From Candidatus Woesearchaeota archaeon (GTDB lineage: Archaea > Nanobdellota > Nanobdellia > Woesearchaeales > JAAOYA01): DNA of 64,000 bases. The stretch lies in the NCBI GenBank assembly GCA_018221105.1, contig JAAOYA010000010.1:145678-209677 (forward strand), read 5' to 3'. Below the pieces are notes generated by a model, which worked only from the letters and a program-made list of their open reading frames with translations, was not told the DNA's origin and ran no database searches. Positions 20,050 to 30,098 of this stretch are shown piece by piece. Made by a program: the position numbers and the translations under genes. How positions within the stretch are numbered: position 1 is the first letter of the stretch; each line of letters begins with the position of its first letter.

Positions 20050-20709
20050 ATGCAATTAAAAAAGCACGAGCACAAAATACCTAAAGAAATCTATACTAGT
20101 CTAGAACTGCGCGGTTTTCAAACTTTACGACCATCACAAATCAAAGCCATTGACGCTGGACTATTTGAAAAAAAGAATTTACTGGTTTGCACTCCAACAG
20201 GCAGTGGCAAAACACTTGTTGCAGAACTAGCATTCATTGATTCAATAAAACACGGTGGCAAAACAGTCTACATAGTGCCATTAAAAGCATTAGCGTCTGA
20301 AAAATTTAAAGAATTCAAAAAATATTATCCAAACATTAAAACTGCTTTGTCAATTGGCGATTATGACAAGAACGAAGAACGACTGGCAAACTATGATTTA
20401 ATAATCACAACAAGTGAAAAACTTGACTCTTTAATTCGTCATCACACACCATGGATTTCAAAAGTCAACCTTGTTATTATTGACGAAATACACTTGTTAA
20501 ACGATCCAAGTCGTGGTCCAACACTAGAAATACTAATCACTTTACTAAAAAAACTTCTTAAAGCACAATTCATAGGGCTTTCCGCGACCATTGGCAATCC
20601 TAAAGAATTAGCTGATTGGCTGAGTGCAGAACTCGTAGAAGACGGTTGGCGTCCTGTAGAGTTAAAGCACGCAGTGTACCGCGACGGTGAAATACATTAT
20701 AAGAAATAA
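20050..20709 (+). CDS. Ski2/Hel308-like helicase, RecA1 domain only (truncated; possible gene remnant)
   Basis: Walker A CTPTGSGKTLVAE, DEIH box and SAT motif are present, but the ORF stops after ~219 aa. No RecA2/winged-helix/ratchet domains follow; the next gene is on the opposite strand. Confidence 0.6.
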   Translation: MQLKKHEHKIPKEIYTSLELRGFQTLRPSQIKAIDAGLFEKKNLLVCTPTGSGKTLVAELAFIDSIKHGGKTVYIVPLKALASEKFKEFKKYYPNIKTALSIGDYDKNEERLANYDLIITTSEKLDSLIRHHTPWISKVNLVIIDEIHLLNDPSRGPTLEILITLLKKLLKAQFIGLSATIGNPKELADWLSAELVEDGWRPVELKHAVYRDGEIHYKK

Positions 20710-20712
20710 TTT

Positions 20713-21051
20713 TTAGTACATTACTAGGCCAATCAATATGAATATGTAGGCCACGATAAAAAGCGAGTACATCAAAAAAAGTTTTTTTTCTTTGTGAACA
20801 TAAGCGTAAGCCAACAATGGTATTGTAAGAATAAAAAATCCAACCCAAGTAATTGCAGAAACTCCGCTTGTTTGTTTGTTAACCCAAATGCCCCACATTT
20901 GCGGTATCATAGTTATTGGAAAAAGTATTGCAATAATATTTACTAACTCATCCAAAAAACGCATTTTTGCGTCATCATGCGGGTAAGGCTGTAGCTCTTG
21001 AGTGGCTCTCTTGCGCCTGTGCTGGTGTATTAAATGTTTTGGTAATGGCAT
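20713..21051 (-). CDS. small membrane protein
   Basis: 112 aa, three hydrophobic helices. Confidence 0.4.
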   Translation of the reverse strand: MPLPKHLIHQHRRKRATQELQPYPHDDAKMRFLDELVNIIAILFPITMIPQMWGIWVNKQTSGVSAITWVGFFILTIPLLAYAYVHKEKKLFLMYSLFIVAYIFILIGLVMY

Positions 21052-21055
21052 TTTT

Positions 21056-22486
21056 TCACTTCAATAGTTTTTTTAGTATTTGGCGAACTTCCTGTGGTGA
21101 AGCTGCTCCTTTTGATTGGCGCATCACTTGTCCCATCAAAAAATTAAAAGCTTGTTCTTTACCTTTAGCGTATTCTTCTACTGTTTTTGGGTTATCATCA
21201 ATTGCTTTTGCAGCCCACAATTCTAATTGGTTTGAATCACTGACCATTTTCAAACCATGTTTTTGCACGTAGTGTTCTACATCAAATGGTTTTACTACTA
21301 GTTGTTCTAAGATTTTTTGTGCTACTGTTTCCGTGATCTTTTTTTGCTCTAATAGTATTAATAATTTGCTAAAGTGTGTGTGATCAAATTTGATATCACT
21401 AAAGTCTAACTTGTTATAATTTAAAACTCTGGCTAGTTCGCGACGAGCCCATTTTGCTGCTAGTATAGGATCAACTTCTTTTGTTAGTTTTTCAAAAAAT
21501 TCTGACAGGTTATAGTCTTGTGTTAAAACTTTTGCGTCATCGCTTGATAAATTGAATTCTTTTTTGTAGCGTTTTTCTCTATCATGATGTAATTCTGGCA
21601 AGGTTTCCTTGATTGTTTTTTGCCAATCATCAGTTAATTCAGTGATTGTCAAATCAGGGTCTAATATGTAGCCATAATCATCTTCTGATTCTTTAGTTCT
21701 CAAACTTTGAGTTATTCCTGTCTCACTATCCCAAGAGCGTGTTTGTTGAACTATTTTTTGTCCTTGCAAGAGTGCTTCTTTTTGGCGCAATAACTCATAC
21801 ATTAAGGCTTTTTCTATTTCTTTAAATCCACTAATATTTTTTATTTCTGCTCTTGTATAGCCTGAGGCTTTAATTGAAACGTTAGCGTCTGCTTTTATTG
21901 TTCCGTCACTAATATCGAATATTTGTAGGTATTGCAAAACAGTAATTAGTGCTTTTAGAAAATCTCTTGCTTGTGCTGCGCTTGTTATTTCTGGTTTTGT
22001 AACAATCTCTAATAGTGGTCTTCCTGAACGATTATAATCTACTAGTACACTGTTTGATTTGTGCATTCCGCCAGGATGCATTAGTGCTGCTGGATCTTCT
22101 TCAATGTGCACTCTCTCAAGTCCAATTTTAGTGCCATCAGGCAATTGTAAGTGACCACCAACTCCTATTGGTCTATCATATTGTGTTATTTGATAGTTTT
22201 TGCTCATGTCTGGATAAAAATATGTTTTGCGACTAAAGATTAGTTCTTTGTCAATATCACTGTTTAATGCCATGCAAAGTCGCAGTGCGTAATCGACTGC
22301 TTTTTTGTTAAGAACTGGCTTGCTGCCGGGCAAGCCCAAGCACACATCACAAGTTAATGTGTTAGGTTCACTGCTTCCTCTTGTTGGACAACTACAAAAT
22401 AGTTTAGTAAGCGTGTTTAATTCTACGTGAACTTCTAATCCTATTACTTCGTCAGTTTTGAACTTCATCTTGTTGTAGTGCTCCAA
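21056..22486 (-). CDS. gatB: Asp/Glu-tRNA amidotransferase subunit B
   Basis: GLEVHVELNT...CSCP N-terminus and C-terminal YqeY-like domain; 476 aa (too short for GatE). Confidence 0.9.
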   Translation of the reverse strand: MEHYNKMKFKTDEVIGLEVHVELNTLTKLFCSCPTRGSSEPNTLTCDVCLGLPGSKPVLNKKAVDYALRLCMALNSDIDKELIFSRKTYFYPDMSKNYQITQYDRPIGVGGHLQLPDGTKIGLERVHIEEDPAALMHPGGMHKSNSVLVDYNRSGRPLLEIVTKPEITSAAQARDFLKALITVLQYLQIFDISDGTIKADANVSIKASGYTRAEIKNISGFKEIEKALMYELLRQKEALLQGQKIVQQTRSWDSETGITQSLRTKESEDDYGYILDPDLTITELTDDWQKTIKETLPELHHDREKRYKKEFNLSSDDAKVLTQDYNLSEFFEKLTKEVDPILAAKWARRELARVLNYNKLDFSDIKFDHTHFSKLLILLEQKKITETVAQKILEQLVVKPFDVEHYVQKHGLKMVSDSNQLELWAAKAIDDNPKTVEEYAKGKEQAFNFLMGQVMRQSKGAASPQEVRQILKKLLK

Positions 22487-23885
22487 TTAGTTGGAATAGT
22501 TTTTCTTCTTTTAGTTGGTCTGCTATAAACATCATTCCTATTGGCAATCCTTTGTGCTCTATTAATGGAATGCTAGCGTGTGGCAGTCCTGCAAGGTTTG
22601 GCCCTGCTGTCATGACGTCCATCATATAATTTTGCAGTGGTGTTAATTTTTTTGCTTCATTAAATGTTGGCGGTATAACAGGCATAGTAGGACAGAGCAA
22701 TAAGTCATAGTCTTTGAATGCTTTTTGATATTCTTTAACCATTAATTGGCGGCTTTGTTGTGCTTTGATATAATATGCGTCGCGATAACCTGCCATTCTA
22801 GCAAAACTTCCTAGCATTATACGACGTTTTGCTTCTTCGCCTAAGTGTTTGCTTCTAACTGTTGAAAAATAATCATTAAAACTACCCTCTAGTTTTTCGT
22901 GAGCTCCATAGCGCATGCCACAATATTTTGCCAGATTAGTTGAAGCTTCTGTTGTTGCCAGTATGTAATAAGTTGGCACTGCATAATCTGTTATTTGTTT
23001 TAAACTGATTTTTTTTACTTTTGCACCAATAAACTCTAATTTTTTTATTGTTTGATTTAATGCTTCCATTACTTGCACGTCAACACCTTTGCCCATTGAT
23101 TCTTCTATGACTCCTATTTTGAAGCCTTTGATTGATTTTTCTAAGTATTCAGCATAATCAACTGTTGGAACCTCTAATGAAGTACTATCTTTTTGGTCGT
23201 GACCACTGATGACTTCTTGCACTAATGCTACAGCTTCAGGGTTTGTGCCCATCGCGCCTATCTTGTCTAGGCTATTGCCATAATCTATTAGTCCATAACG
23301 TGATACCCTGCCATAGGTTGGGCAAAACCCTATAACTCCACAAAATGAAGCTGGTGCGACAATGCTGCCGCCTGTAGACTCTCCTAGGCTTACGTGTTCA
23401 AAACTTGCCAGTTTTGATATTCCTCCACTACCGCCTGATGAACCGCCACAAACACGTTTTTTGTCAACTGGGTTTAATGGAGTTTTATAGCCTAACCCTA
23501 CGTTTGTTGCGAAACTGCCAAATCCAAACTCGTCCTGTGAGGTTTTACCTATTATTATTGCTCCTTCATCAATAACGCGCTGCACTGCCGTGGCATTGAA
23601 TAATGGCTTGTAGCCTTTTAGTATTCTAGAGCCTGCAGTGCTTTCCACGTCTTTTACATTAATGCAATCTTTGACTGAAATGAATAGTCCTGCTAATCGT
23701 TTACTTTTAGCATTCTTTTTTAGTGTCTTTGCTTGCTCTAGTGCTAAGTCTTCACAGATAACATTAAAGTAATGGTATTCTTTGTTGATTTTCTTAATTT
23801 CTGCCAATACTTTTTTTGTTTTTAGAACCATGTCAACTTTACCATTTTGTACTTTTTCAATATACTCGTCAATTCTCATTTTCAT
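22452..23885 (-). CDS. gatA: Asp/Glu-tRNA amidotransferase subunit A (amidase)
   Basis: Amidase signature GGSSGGSGG...GESTGGSIVAPASFCG; 477 aa. Confidence 0.9.
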   Translation of the reverse strand: MKMRIDEYIEKVQNGKVDMVLKTKKVLAEIKKINKEYHYFNVICEDLALEQAKTLKKNAKSKRLAGLFISVKDCINVKDVESTAGSRILKGYKPLFNATAVQRVIDEGAIIIGKTSQDEFGFGSFATNVGLGYKTPLNPVDKKRVCGGSSGGSGGISKLASFEHVSLGESTGGSIVAPASFCGVIGFCPTYGRVSRYGLIDYGNSLDKIGAMGTNPEAVALVQEVISGHDQKDSTSLEVPTVDYAEYLEKSIKGFKIGVIEESMGKGVDVQVMEALNQTIKKLEFIGAKVKKISLKQITDYAVPTYYILATTEASTNLAKYCGMRYGAHEKLEGSFNDYFSTVRSKHLGEEAKRRIMLGSFARMAGYRDAYYIKAQQSRQLMVKEYQKAFKDYDLLLCPTMPVIPPTFNEAKKLTPLQNYMMDVMTAGPNLAGLPHASIPLIEHKGLPIGMMFIADQLKEEKLFQLIGALQQDEVQN

Positions 23886-24166
23886 ACTGCCCTAGGACCC
23901 CTAAAATATCCGTCTTGTTTGTGCTTTGTATTTTTTAGTGCTTCTTGTTGGCTCAAACACTTTTTTGGAATGTCTTCTCGTAGAACATTTTTTTTTGTTA
24001 TTGGTTGTGCTAGAACTGGCTCACCACTAGTTTTTAGCTTGTCTAATTTTTTAAAAGCTTCAAGAATATCTGCAAAATCCTTAGTGAAAGTTTTAATCTC
24101 AGCAGGTGTTAGTTTTAGCCTAGCATTTTGCGCTACTTTTTTTATTAGTTCTGAGTCTATTTTCAT
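23882..24166 (-). CDS. gatC: Asp/Glu-tRNA amidotransferase subunit C
   Basis: 94-aa GatC-like protein, overlaps the gatA start by 4 nt. Confidence 0.75.
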   Translation of the reverse strand: MKIDSELIKKVAQNARLKLTPAEIKTFTKDFADILEAFKKLDKLKTSGEPVLAQPITKKNVLREDIPKKCLSQQEALKNTKHKQDGYFRGPRAV

Positions 24167-24237
24167 CTAGAATCAATGAAGCTGTGTTATTTAAAAAATT
24201 TTGCAAAAAAGCAATTATTTTGCTTTTTTCTTAATAA

Positions 24238-24597
24238 TTAGAGTTTGCAGTGTTTGCAGTCTTGTGATTGACATTCTTTATTTTTCATATTCCATTTGAT
24301 AGACCATTGTTTTATGTCTTTTATTATTTTGATGAATGCTTCACCGCTTTTGGTTAATTGATACTCGCTTGTTATTGGAAAGTGTGTTGTATCAACTTTT
24401 TTTGTTATTAGTTTTTCTTTTTCTAATTCTTTTAATCTTAAAGATAGTATTTTTGGTGTTATGCGCACTATGTTGTTTTTTAGTTGTGAGTATCTTTTCT
24501 TGTTTGAGTCGCCCTTGTATAATTCTAGCAGTATCAATAGTGTCCAGCGCTTGCCTAAAAAATCAACTGTGTTGTAAATTGTGCATTGTTTGTTCAT
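24238..24597 (-). CDS. HxlR-family winged-helix transcriptional regulator
   Basis: FLGKRWTLLILLELYKG...RYSQLKNNI..ITPKILSLRLKELEKEKLI; C-terminal Cys-rich tail. Confidence 0.7.
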   Translation of the reverse strand: MNKQCTIYNTVDFLGKRWTLLILLELYKGDSNKKRYSQLKNNIVRITPKILSLRLKELEKEKLITKKVDTTHFPITSEYQLTKSGEAFIKIIKDIKQWSIKWNMKNKECQSQDCKHCKL

Positions 24598-24674
24598 GGT
24601 ATACTTTAGGATACTATCAACTATATAAATAAGTATCTTTAATATAGCTAATATAAAAAAGCTATTAAAGGTTT

Positions 24675-25508
24675 TTGATTATGGTAAAAAGAAGCATTAT
24701 TGAAATAAACGAAGAAAAATGCGATGGTTGCGGATTGTGTATTCCTAATTGTCCAGAAGGAGCATTACAAATAATTGATGGCAAAGCACGACTCATCAGC
24801 GATTTGTTCTGTGACGGTTTAGGAGCGTGCATCGGTCACTGCCCAAAAAATGCTATCAAGGTAATAGAGCGAGAAGCAGAGCCTTATAATGAATTAAAAG
24901 TCATGGCAAACATTGTAAAACACGGTGAGAACACAATAAAAGCTCATCTAGAGCACCTGGCTGAACACGGCGAAACAGAGTTTTTAAACCAAGCTGTAGA
25001 ATACTTAAAATCTAATAATATGGCTGTGCCAAACTACAAAAAGGCTTGTGATGATTTGGCGTGCGGGTGTCCGGGAAGCATGGTTCAAACAATACAAAAA
25101 AAAGATTCTGATAAAAAAGAAACTTCTTCGTCTGTGCAAAGCTCAACACTTTCTCAGTGGCCAATTCAACTAAGTTTATTGCCACCGCAAGCCCCATTTT
25201 TTAATAATAGTAATTTAGTGATAATGGCTGACTGTGTCGGTTTTGCTAATCCAAACCTTCATAACGAATTATTAAAAGATAATAGTATTGCTATTGGCTG
25301 TCCAAAACTTGATGATATAACAGAATACCAAGAAAAAATCAAGAGCATTATTGAATTGAACGATCTAAAATCTATAAGTGTTGCAATAATGCAAGTTCCG
25401 TGCTGCAGTGGATTGTACACTATTGTAGAACAAGCACTCAATGATTCAGGTAAAAAAATTCCATTAAAAAGAATTGTTATAGGAATTGACGGCACAACAC
25501 TAGAATAA
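24675..25508 (+). CDS. 4Fe-4S dicluster domain protein with unknown C-terminal Cys-containing domain
   Basis: CDGCGLCIPNCP and CDGLGACIGHCP ferredoxin motifs. Confidence 0.6.
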   Translation: MIMVKRSIIEINEEKCDGCGLCIPNCPEGALQIIDGKARLISDLFCDGLGACIGHCPKNAIKVIEREAEPYNELKVMANIVKHGENTIKAHLEHLAEHGETEFLNQAVEYLKSNNMAVPNYKKACDDLACGCPGSMVQTIQKKDSDKKETSSSVQSSTLSQWPIQLSLLPPQAPFFNNSNLVIMADCVGFANPNLHNELLKDNSIAIGCPKLDDITEYQEKIKSIIELNDLKSISVAIMQVPCCSGLYTIVEQALNDSGKKIPLKRIVIGIDGTTLE

Positions 25509-25768
25509 CTATTTCTTTTTAGCTTTGCGTTTTTGTTTTTTAGAAGGGTATTTATCCTGATGTCTTGGAGTATAACGAAGTAACAGTCCTAAAAACATTA
25601 TTATTAGAACTAATAATATTGATGTTCCAAGGCTCAAATCAATCTTGCCATAATACGTGTAAATAAATGTTAGCAAGAAAGCTAATAGTAAAAACATCAA
25701 ATACTTGTCAGTTATCTTGTCACCTCTTAGCATAAGAAAACATTTAGTTTTTTGGTTTATAAACTTTT

Positions 25769-26854
25769 CTAGAATTTGATAAAGTTTAGTTTTGAAACAG
25801 TTTTTCTGGCGTCTTCTAAGTCTTTTTCGAACTTTGTCATAAAAATTGTCATTTTCTCGCACGCCAAGTCTTTTAATTGTCCGCTTGTCATGTGACCGCT
25901 TTTGTACTCTCCATAAATCTGGTCTAGTTCTTCGTCATCTTCTATTAAGTGTTGTTTTAATAGTTCGAATACCATGTCTTTTTCTACTTCTGCACCATGC
26001 TCGCGGTGCTCTTCTAGTGTTGCGCGACCGCCTGTTACTGCTCTTCGTATTTTCTTGCAGGCTGTTTCAACGTCTTCTGGTAGTTCAATGCAACTTTGCG
26101 GTTTTGATTTTGACATTTTTAGGCTTCCGTCAAGTGATGGTGTGAACTTTGTATAAATTGAACTTGGAGCGAAGAATTTCTTTGCTTTAGTGCGACTTAC
26201 AATGTCGCGTGTTAAGCGTATGTGAGGGTCCTGATCTACTCCTACTGGTATAATTCCTGGCATTCGCTCTTTTAACTGAGGGTACAGTATGTCACCTGCT
26301 TGTATTACAGCGCTCATTATACGACCGGGATCTGCGTTGCCGTAAATGCTTTTGAACTCATTTAATGTAATTTTTTTTGCAAATTCAAAGCCTAATTGTA
26401 CAACGTCACGGTTTTGTGATTGAAAGTAAAAAATTGTTTTTTTAGGGTCAAGTCCTAATGCAATGTATGCTGGTATGTGAAATTCCATTGCCCGCCTTCT
26501 TGCTTCTTCTAATGACACCCCGCGTGCAGCAGCGCTCTCAAGGTCAGCCACTAAAATGTAAGTTTGAGCTCCCATTTTTTGAAAGTAAGCCATCAATTCA
26601 ACAATCATTTTAGAGCCAAAGTGTAATTTATCATTGGTTGGCATTATGCCAGTTAGAACATAGAATGGTTTTTTGTTTTTGATAGCCTTGGCTATGATTT
26701 TGAGGTCTCGCCCTGCAAAGACAACACCTCGGCGCATTAAACGATTAGATGATGGAAAATCTTCTGGGTTGAATTTTTCCAGTCCGAAATCCTTTATTAG
26801 CTTTGTATAATCTTGTGGCAGTTCACTGCCATAAGGATCAATAATCTTTTTCAT
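25769..26854 (-). CDS. trpS: tryptophanyl-tRNA synthetase (archaeal/eukaryal class I Trp/Tyr family)
   Basis: HIGH-like LHFGS and KMSKS motifs; TGIMPTNDKLHFGS resembles TrpRS more than TyrRS. Confidence 0.65.
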   Translation of the reverse strand: MKKIIDPYGSELPQDYTKLIKDFGLEKFNPEDFPSSNRLMRRGVVFAGRDLKIIAKAIKNKKPFYVLTGIMPTNDKLHFGSKMIVELMAYFQKMGAQTYILVADLESAAARGVSLEEARRRAMEFHIPAYIALGLDPKKTIFYFQSQNRDVVQLGFEFAKKITLNEFKSIYGNADPGRIMSAVIQAGDILYPQLKERMPGIIPVGVDQDPHIRLTRDIVSRTKAKKFFAPSSIYTKFTPSLDGSLKMSKSKPQSCIELPEDVETACKKIRRAVTGGRATLEEHREHGAEVEKDMVFELLKQHLIEDDEELDQIYGEYKSGHMTSGQLKDLACEKMTIFMTKFEKDLEDARKTVSKLNFIKF

Positions 26855-26876
26855 AAATATCAGATAGTCTTGGTGT

Positions 26877-27332
26877 TTATTTAAAGTTTTCTTCTAATAG
26901 GTCTATTGCTTTTTCTCTTTTAGCAGGGTAAACTGCTATTGAGAATTTAATGTGAAAACAATTACCAGAATCAACAATAATATATTCATTATTTAATAAT
27001 TTATTTTTGTCAAGTCGCAAGTAAAAAAATAAATCATTATCTAAGCGAGAATCTAACTGTTTTAATAATAATTCTTTTTGTTCAACACTTAATTGTTTTT
27101 TTAAATTGTTAAAAAACTCTGTTATGTGACGCTGCTTTTCTAGTTTTATTTCATATACTATTATTTGACGGTCGTTAAACCCAACAGTTTTAGATTCTTT
27201 TAACAATATTTTTTCAATCGACACTAGTTTTAATAATGCACTCTTGATTTGTTCTTGGTCCTCCTCAGGAGGCGCGAAAACACTTATTGTAATATTGTGA
27301 AACAATTTCATAACAAACTTTAAAAACTTCAT
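26877..27332 (-). CDS. hypothetical protein
   Basis: 151-aa ORF, 22 nt downstream of trpS. Confidence 0.4.
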   Translation of the reverse strand: MKFLKFVMKLFHNITISVFAPPEEDQEQIKSALLKLVSIEKILLKESKTVGFNDRQIIVYEIKLEKQRHITEFFNNLKKQLSVEQKELLLKQLDSRLDNDLFFYLRLDKNKLLNNEYIIVDSGNCFHIKFSIAVYPAKREKAIDLLEENFK

Positions 27333-27340
27333 TATTATTA

Positions 27341-28255
27341 TTGTTTTTGATGAAACACACTCGTAAAGTAACTTTGATGCTTGTAGGATTCTTTTTTTTA
27401 GCGCAAATTATCGGACTTTTCGTAGTAAACCAGTACATTGACGTAGAATTAACAGAACAGACCGGTACTACAAAGTTCAAACCAGCAAATGTTGGTCCAC
27501 TAGAGTTAGACGTTGACATTCCAGAAGAACAACAGAGCAAGACTTTCATTCCAGTATTTATTGCAATACTTGTTGGCACAATGCTTGCGTTGCTCTTGAT
27601 TAAGTTTCGAACTGTTAGACTTTGGAAATTATGGTTCTTTTTCGCAGTTCTTATCACATTAAGCATTAGTTTTGGAGCATTCATAAACCCGTACGTTGCT
27701 TTTGTTTTCGCAGCAATTCTAACATACTTTAAAGTGTTCAGGCCAAACTTTTACGTTCACAACTTCACAGAATTATTCATATACGCTGGCCTAGCAGCAT
27801 TACTAGTTCCAATGCTTAACGTGTTTAGTGCAATCATACTATTATTTTTGATTAGTGCTTATGACATGTACGCTGTATGGCAATCAAAGCACATGATAAA
27901 ACTTGCAAAATTTCAAGCAGAAAGTCGATTGTTTGCAGGACTTATGATGCCATACTCTAAAAGCAAGAAAAAAATAATTACCAAAGTTCCAACAAATATC
28001 ACACCAACAAAAAGTATTCGAAGAGAAACCGTTAGAACTGCTATTTTGGGCGGTGGGGATATTGGTTTTCCACTAATTTTTGCTGGAACAGTATTAAAAG
28101 TTATAGGAATTTGGCAAACACTGATTATTTCAGTAGGTGCCACGATAGCATTATACCTACTACTAGTTTATGGCAAACAAGACAGGTTTTACCCAGCAAT
28201 GCCCTACATCAGCGCAGGAGCACTAATCGGGTACTTGATAGTATTGGTGATATAG
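27341..28255 (+). CDS. presenilin/signal-peptide-peptidase family intramembrane aspartyl protease
   Basis: YD motif (LISAYDMYAVW), GxGD motif (AILGGGDIGFPLIFAG) and PAL-like PAMPY within a multi-TM protein. Confidence 0.65.
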   Translation: MFLMKHTRKVTLMLVGFFFLAQIIGLFVVNQYIDVELTEQTGTTKFKPANVGPLELDVDIPEEQQSKTFIPVFIAILVGTMLALLLIKFRTVRLWKLWFFFAVLITLSISFGAFINPYVAFVFAAILTYFKVFRPNFYVHNFTELFIYAGLAALLVPMLNVFSAIILLFLISAYDMYAVWQSKHMIKLAKFQAESRLFAGLMMPYSKSKKKIITKVPTNITPTKSIRRETVRTAILGGGDIGFPLIFAGTVLKVIGIWQTLIISVGATIALYLLLVYGKQDRFYPAMPYISAGALIGYLIVLVI

Positions 28256-28257
28256 AT

Positions 28258-29448
28258 TTACTTTTCTTCCTTTATTTTCATAAATATTATTGCTGCAGGA
28301 ATCAATAAAAATCCTCCAATAAAGATTGTTTTTTGGCCTCCAATCGTATCAACTAAGAGACCGTTAATAGGTAATGCTATAAGTCCGACAATTGATAATA
28401 ACATACTTTCAACAGAACCAATTGTTGCTCGCATTTTTGATGGTATAAAACGATGAAAAAACATTCTTTCAGCAGGTTTTCTTCCAGCCATGAAAAACTC
28501 AAAGCTCATAAACACTAAAAAAGCAAAAAATATGCTGTTAACAAAAACTGCCATCATTGCAGCAATAGCTGGTAAAAAAAGATATTTTATTATGAATGTT
28601 CTTTGCTTTTTCAATAATTTATTAGTAATCAAAGGTCCTAAAGTCCAAGTTAACGCTATTGCAGACCACATGTAACCAAAAGCATGATCTGGAAAACCAA
28701 GCGATTGCATTACTGGAACCCAACTAATTCCTGTGTTAAGATTATAGCCAAAAATGACTATCATGCTAGCCGCTAAAAAATAAAATATTACCTGATGATT
28801 ACGACTATACTCAAGTGAATCAACAGATTGTTTTTTTAAGATTTTAAAAGAATCTTTAATTGATATTTTTTTACGATTATAGTTTTCCTTTGCAAAAGAC
28901 AGTATTATAAAAGCTGAAACATAACCAAGAGCAGCTGCCAACCAAATAATTTTTAAACCAAAAAATTTTACTGCTAAAGCCCCTATAAAACCTGAAATTA
29001 CTAATCCGAAACCTCCTATAGATAAATTTTTTGAAAAATAAGTCTTCAAATACTTTTTGTTTCTCCCTTTTAATAAGTCAACAACCCATGCTTCTTTAGC
29101 ACCACTCCAAAAAGTTCCGGCGAAACCTAAAAATGCTTGAATTGCAAGTATTGCATAAAAATTAGTAAAAAAATACATTAGCATAAAACCTGTACTTGCT
29201 AAAACAAAGCTCAAAAGAACAGAAAGCTTCCTGCCATAAATATCTGCTATTGCTCCAGTAGGAACTTCAAAAATTAAAGCAAACAATGGGTAAACAGCCA
29301 TTATCAGACCAATCTGAAAAAAACTAAACTCCAAACTTTTAAAATAAACAACCAAAAAAGCAGGAACAAAAAAAAACATTAAACTAATAAACATATCCAA
29401 ATAAAAAGGCCACAATACTTTCAATTCTTCTTTTTCGAAAAACTTCAT
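28258..29448 (-). CDS. MFS transporter
   Basis: 12-TM topology; GRK-like loop motif DIYGRK. Confidence 0.7.
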   Translation of the reverse strand: MKFFEKEELKVLWPFYLDMFISLMFFFVPAFLVVYFKSLEFSFFQIGLIMAVYPLFALIFEVPTGAIADIYGRKLSVLLSFVLASTGFMLMYFFTNFYAILAIQAFLGFAGTFWSGAKEAWVVDLLKGRNKKYLKTYFSKNLSIGGFGLVISGFIGALAVKFFGLKIIWLAAALGYVSAFIILSFAKENYNRKKISIKDSFKILKKQSVDSLEYSRNHQVIFYFLAASMIVIFGYNLNTGISWVPVMQSLGFPDHAFGYMWSAIALTWTLGPLITNKLLKKQRTFIIKYLFLPAIAAMMAVFVNSIFFAFLVFMSFEFFMAGRKPAERMFFHRFIPSKMRATIGSVESMLLSIVGLIALPINGLLVDTIGGQKTIFIGGFLLIPAAIIFMKIKEEK

Positions 29449-29489
29449 AACACAAAAGTATTTAAGACGGTTTAAATAATTAACTAATA

Positions 29490-30098
29490 ATGAAAGATAT
29501 GCGCAAGATTGTTCAAGAAGGTTATGATAAGGGAGATTATCAACAATTTTATCGAACTGATGATAGTTTAAATTCTTGTGAAAAACGCTTTATGAAAAAG
29601 TTCACAGAGTTAATTTCTAAAAATGCAAAAGTTTTAGATTTAGGTTCAGGTATAGGATTGCCCTATGATAAGCATTTAGTCAAAGAAGGCTATTCTATAA
29701 CAGGAATTGATATTTCACAAAAACATGTTGATACTGCTAAAGAAAATGTTCCTCAAGCAAAATATATTAAAGGAGATTTTTCAACATTAAAATTTAATGA
29801 AAAATTTAATGCTATTATTTCTTTTTATGCAATATTTCATATTCCAAGAGAAGAACACAAAGCATTATTTGAAAAAATTAATTCTTTATTGACTAACAAA
29901 GGTGTCATTCTAATAACCATGGGTGCTGATGATATGAAATTAGCAGTCGATGATTTTGTAGGCTCAAAAATGGCTTGGAGTTCTTACAGTATTGAAGAAA
30001 ATAAGAGATTAGTAGAAAAAGCTGGTTTTAAGATTCTTTATTTTGAAGAAGAAAAAGAAAAAGAACATCATCTTTGGATATTGGCACAAAAAGTCTAG
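29490..30098 (+). CDS. class I SAM-dependent methyltransferase
   Basis: Motif I VLDLGSGIGLP. Confidence 0.7.
   Translation: MKDMRKIVQEGYDKGDYQQFYRTDDSLNSCEKRFMKKFTELISKNAKVLDLGSGIGLPYDKHLVKEGYSITGIDISQKHVDTAKENVPQAKYIKGDFSTLKFNEKFNAIISFYAIFHIPREEHKALFEKINSLLTNKGVILITMGADDMKLAVDDFVGSKMAWSSYSIEENKRLVEKAGFKILYFEEEKEKEHHLWILAQKV

Noticed and set aside
25509-25862. 117-aa minus ORF overlapping the trpS 3' end
   Set aside because: The 5' part overlaps the TrpRS C-terminus and is Arg/Lys-rich. At most the downstream ~75-aa TM portion could be real; not reported as a feature.
25846-26156. + strand ORFs 25846..26145 and 25974..26156
   Set aside because: Antisense within trpS; Leu/Arg-rich shadow frames.
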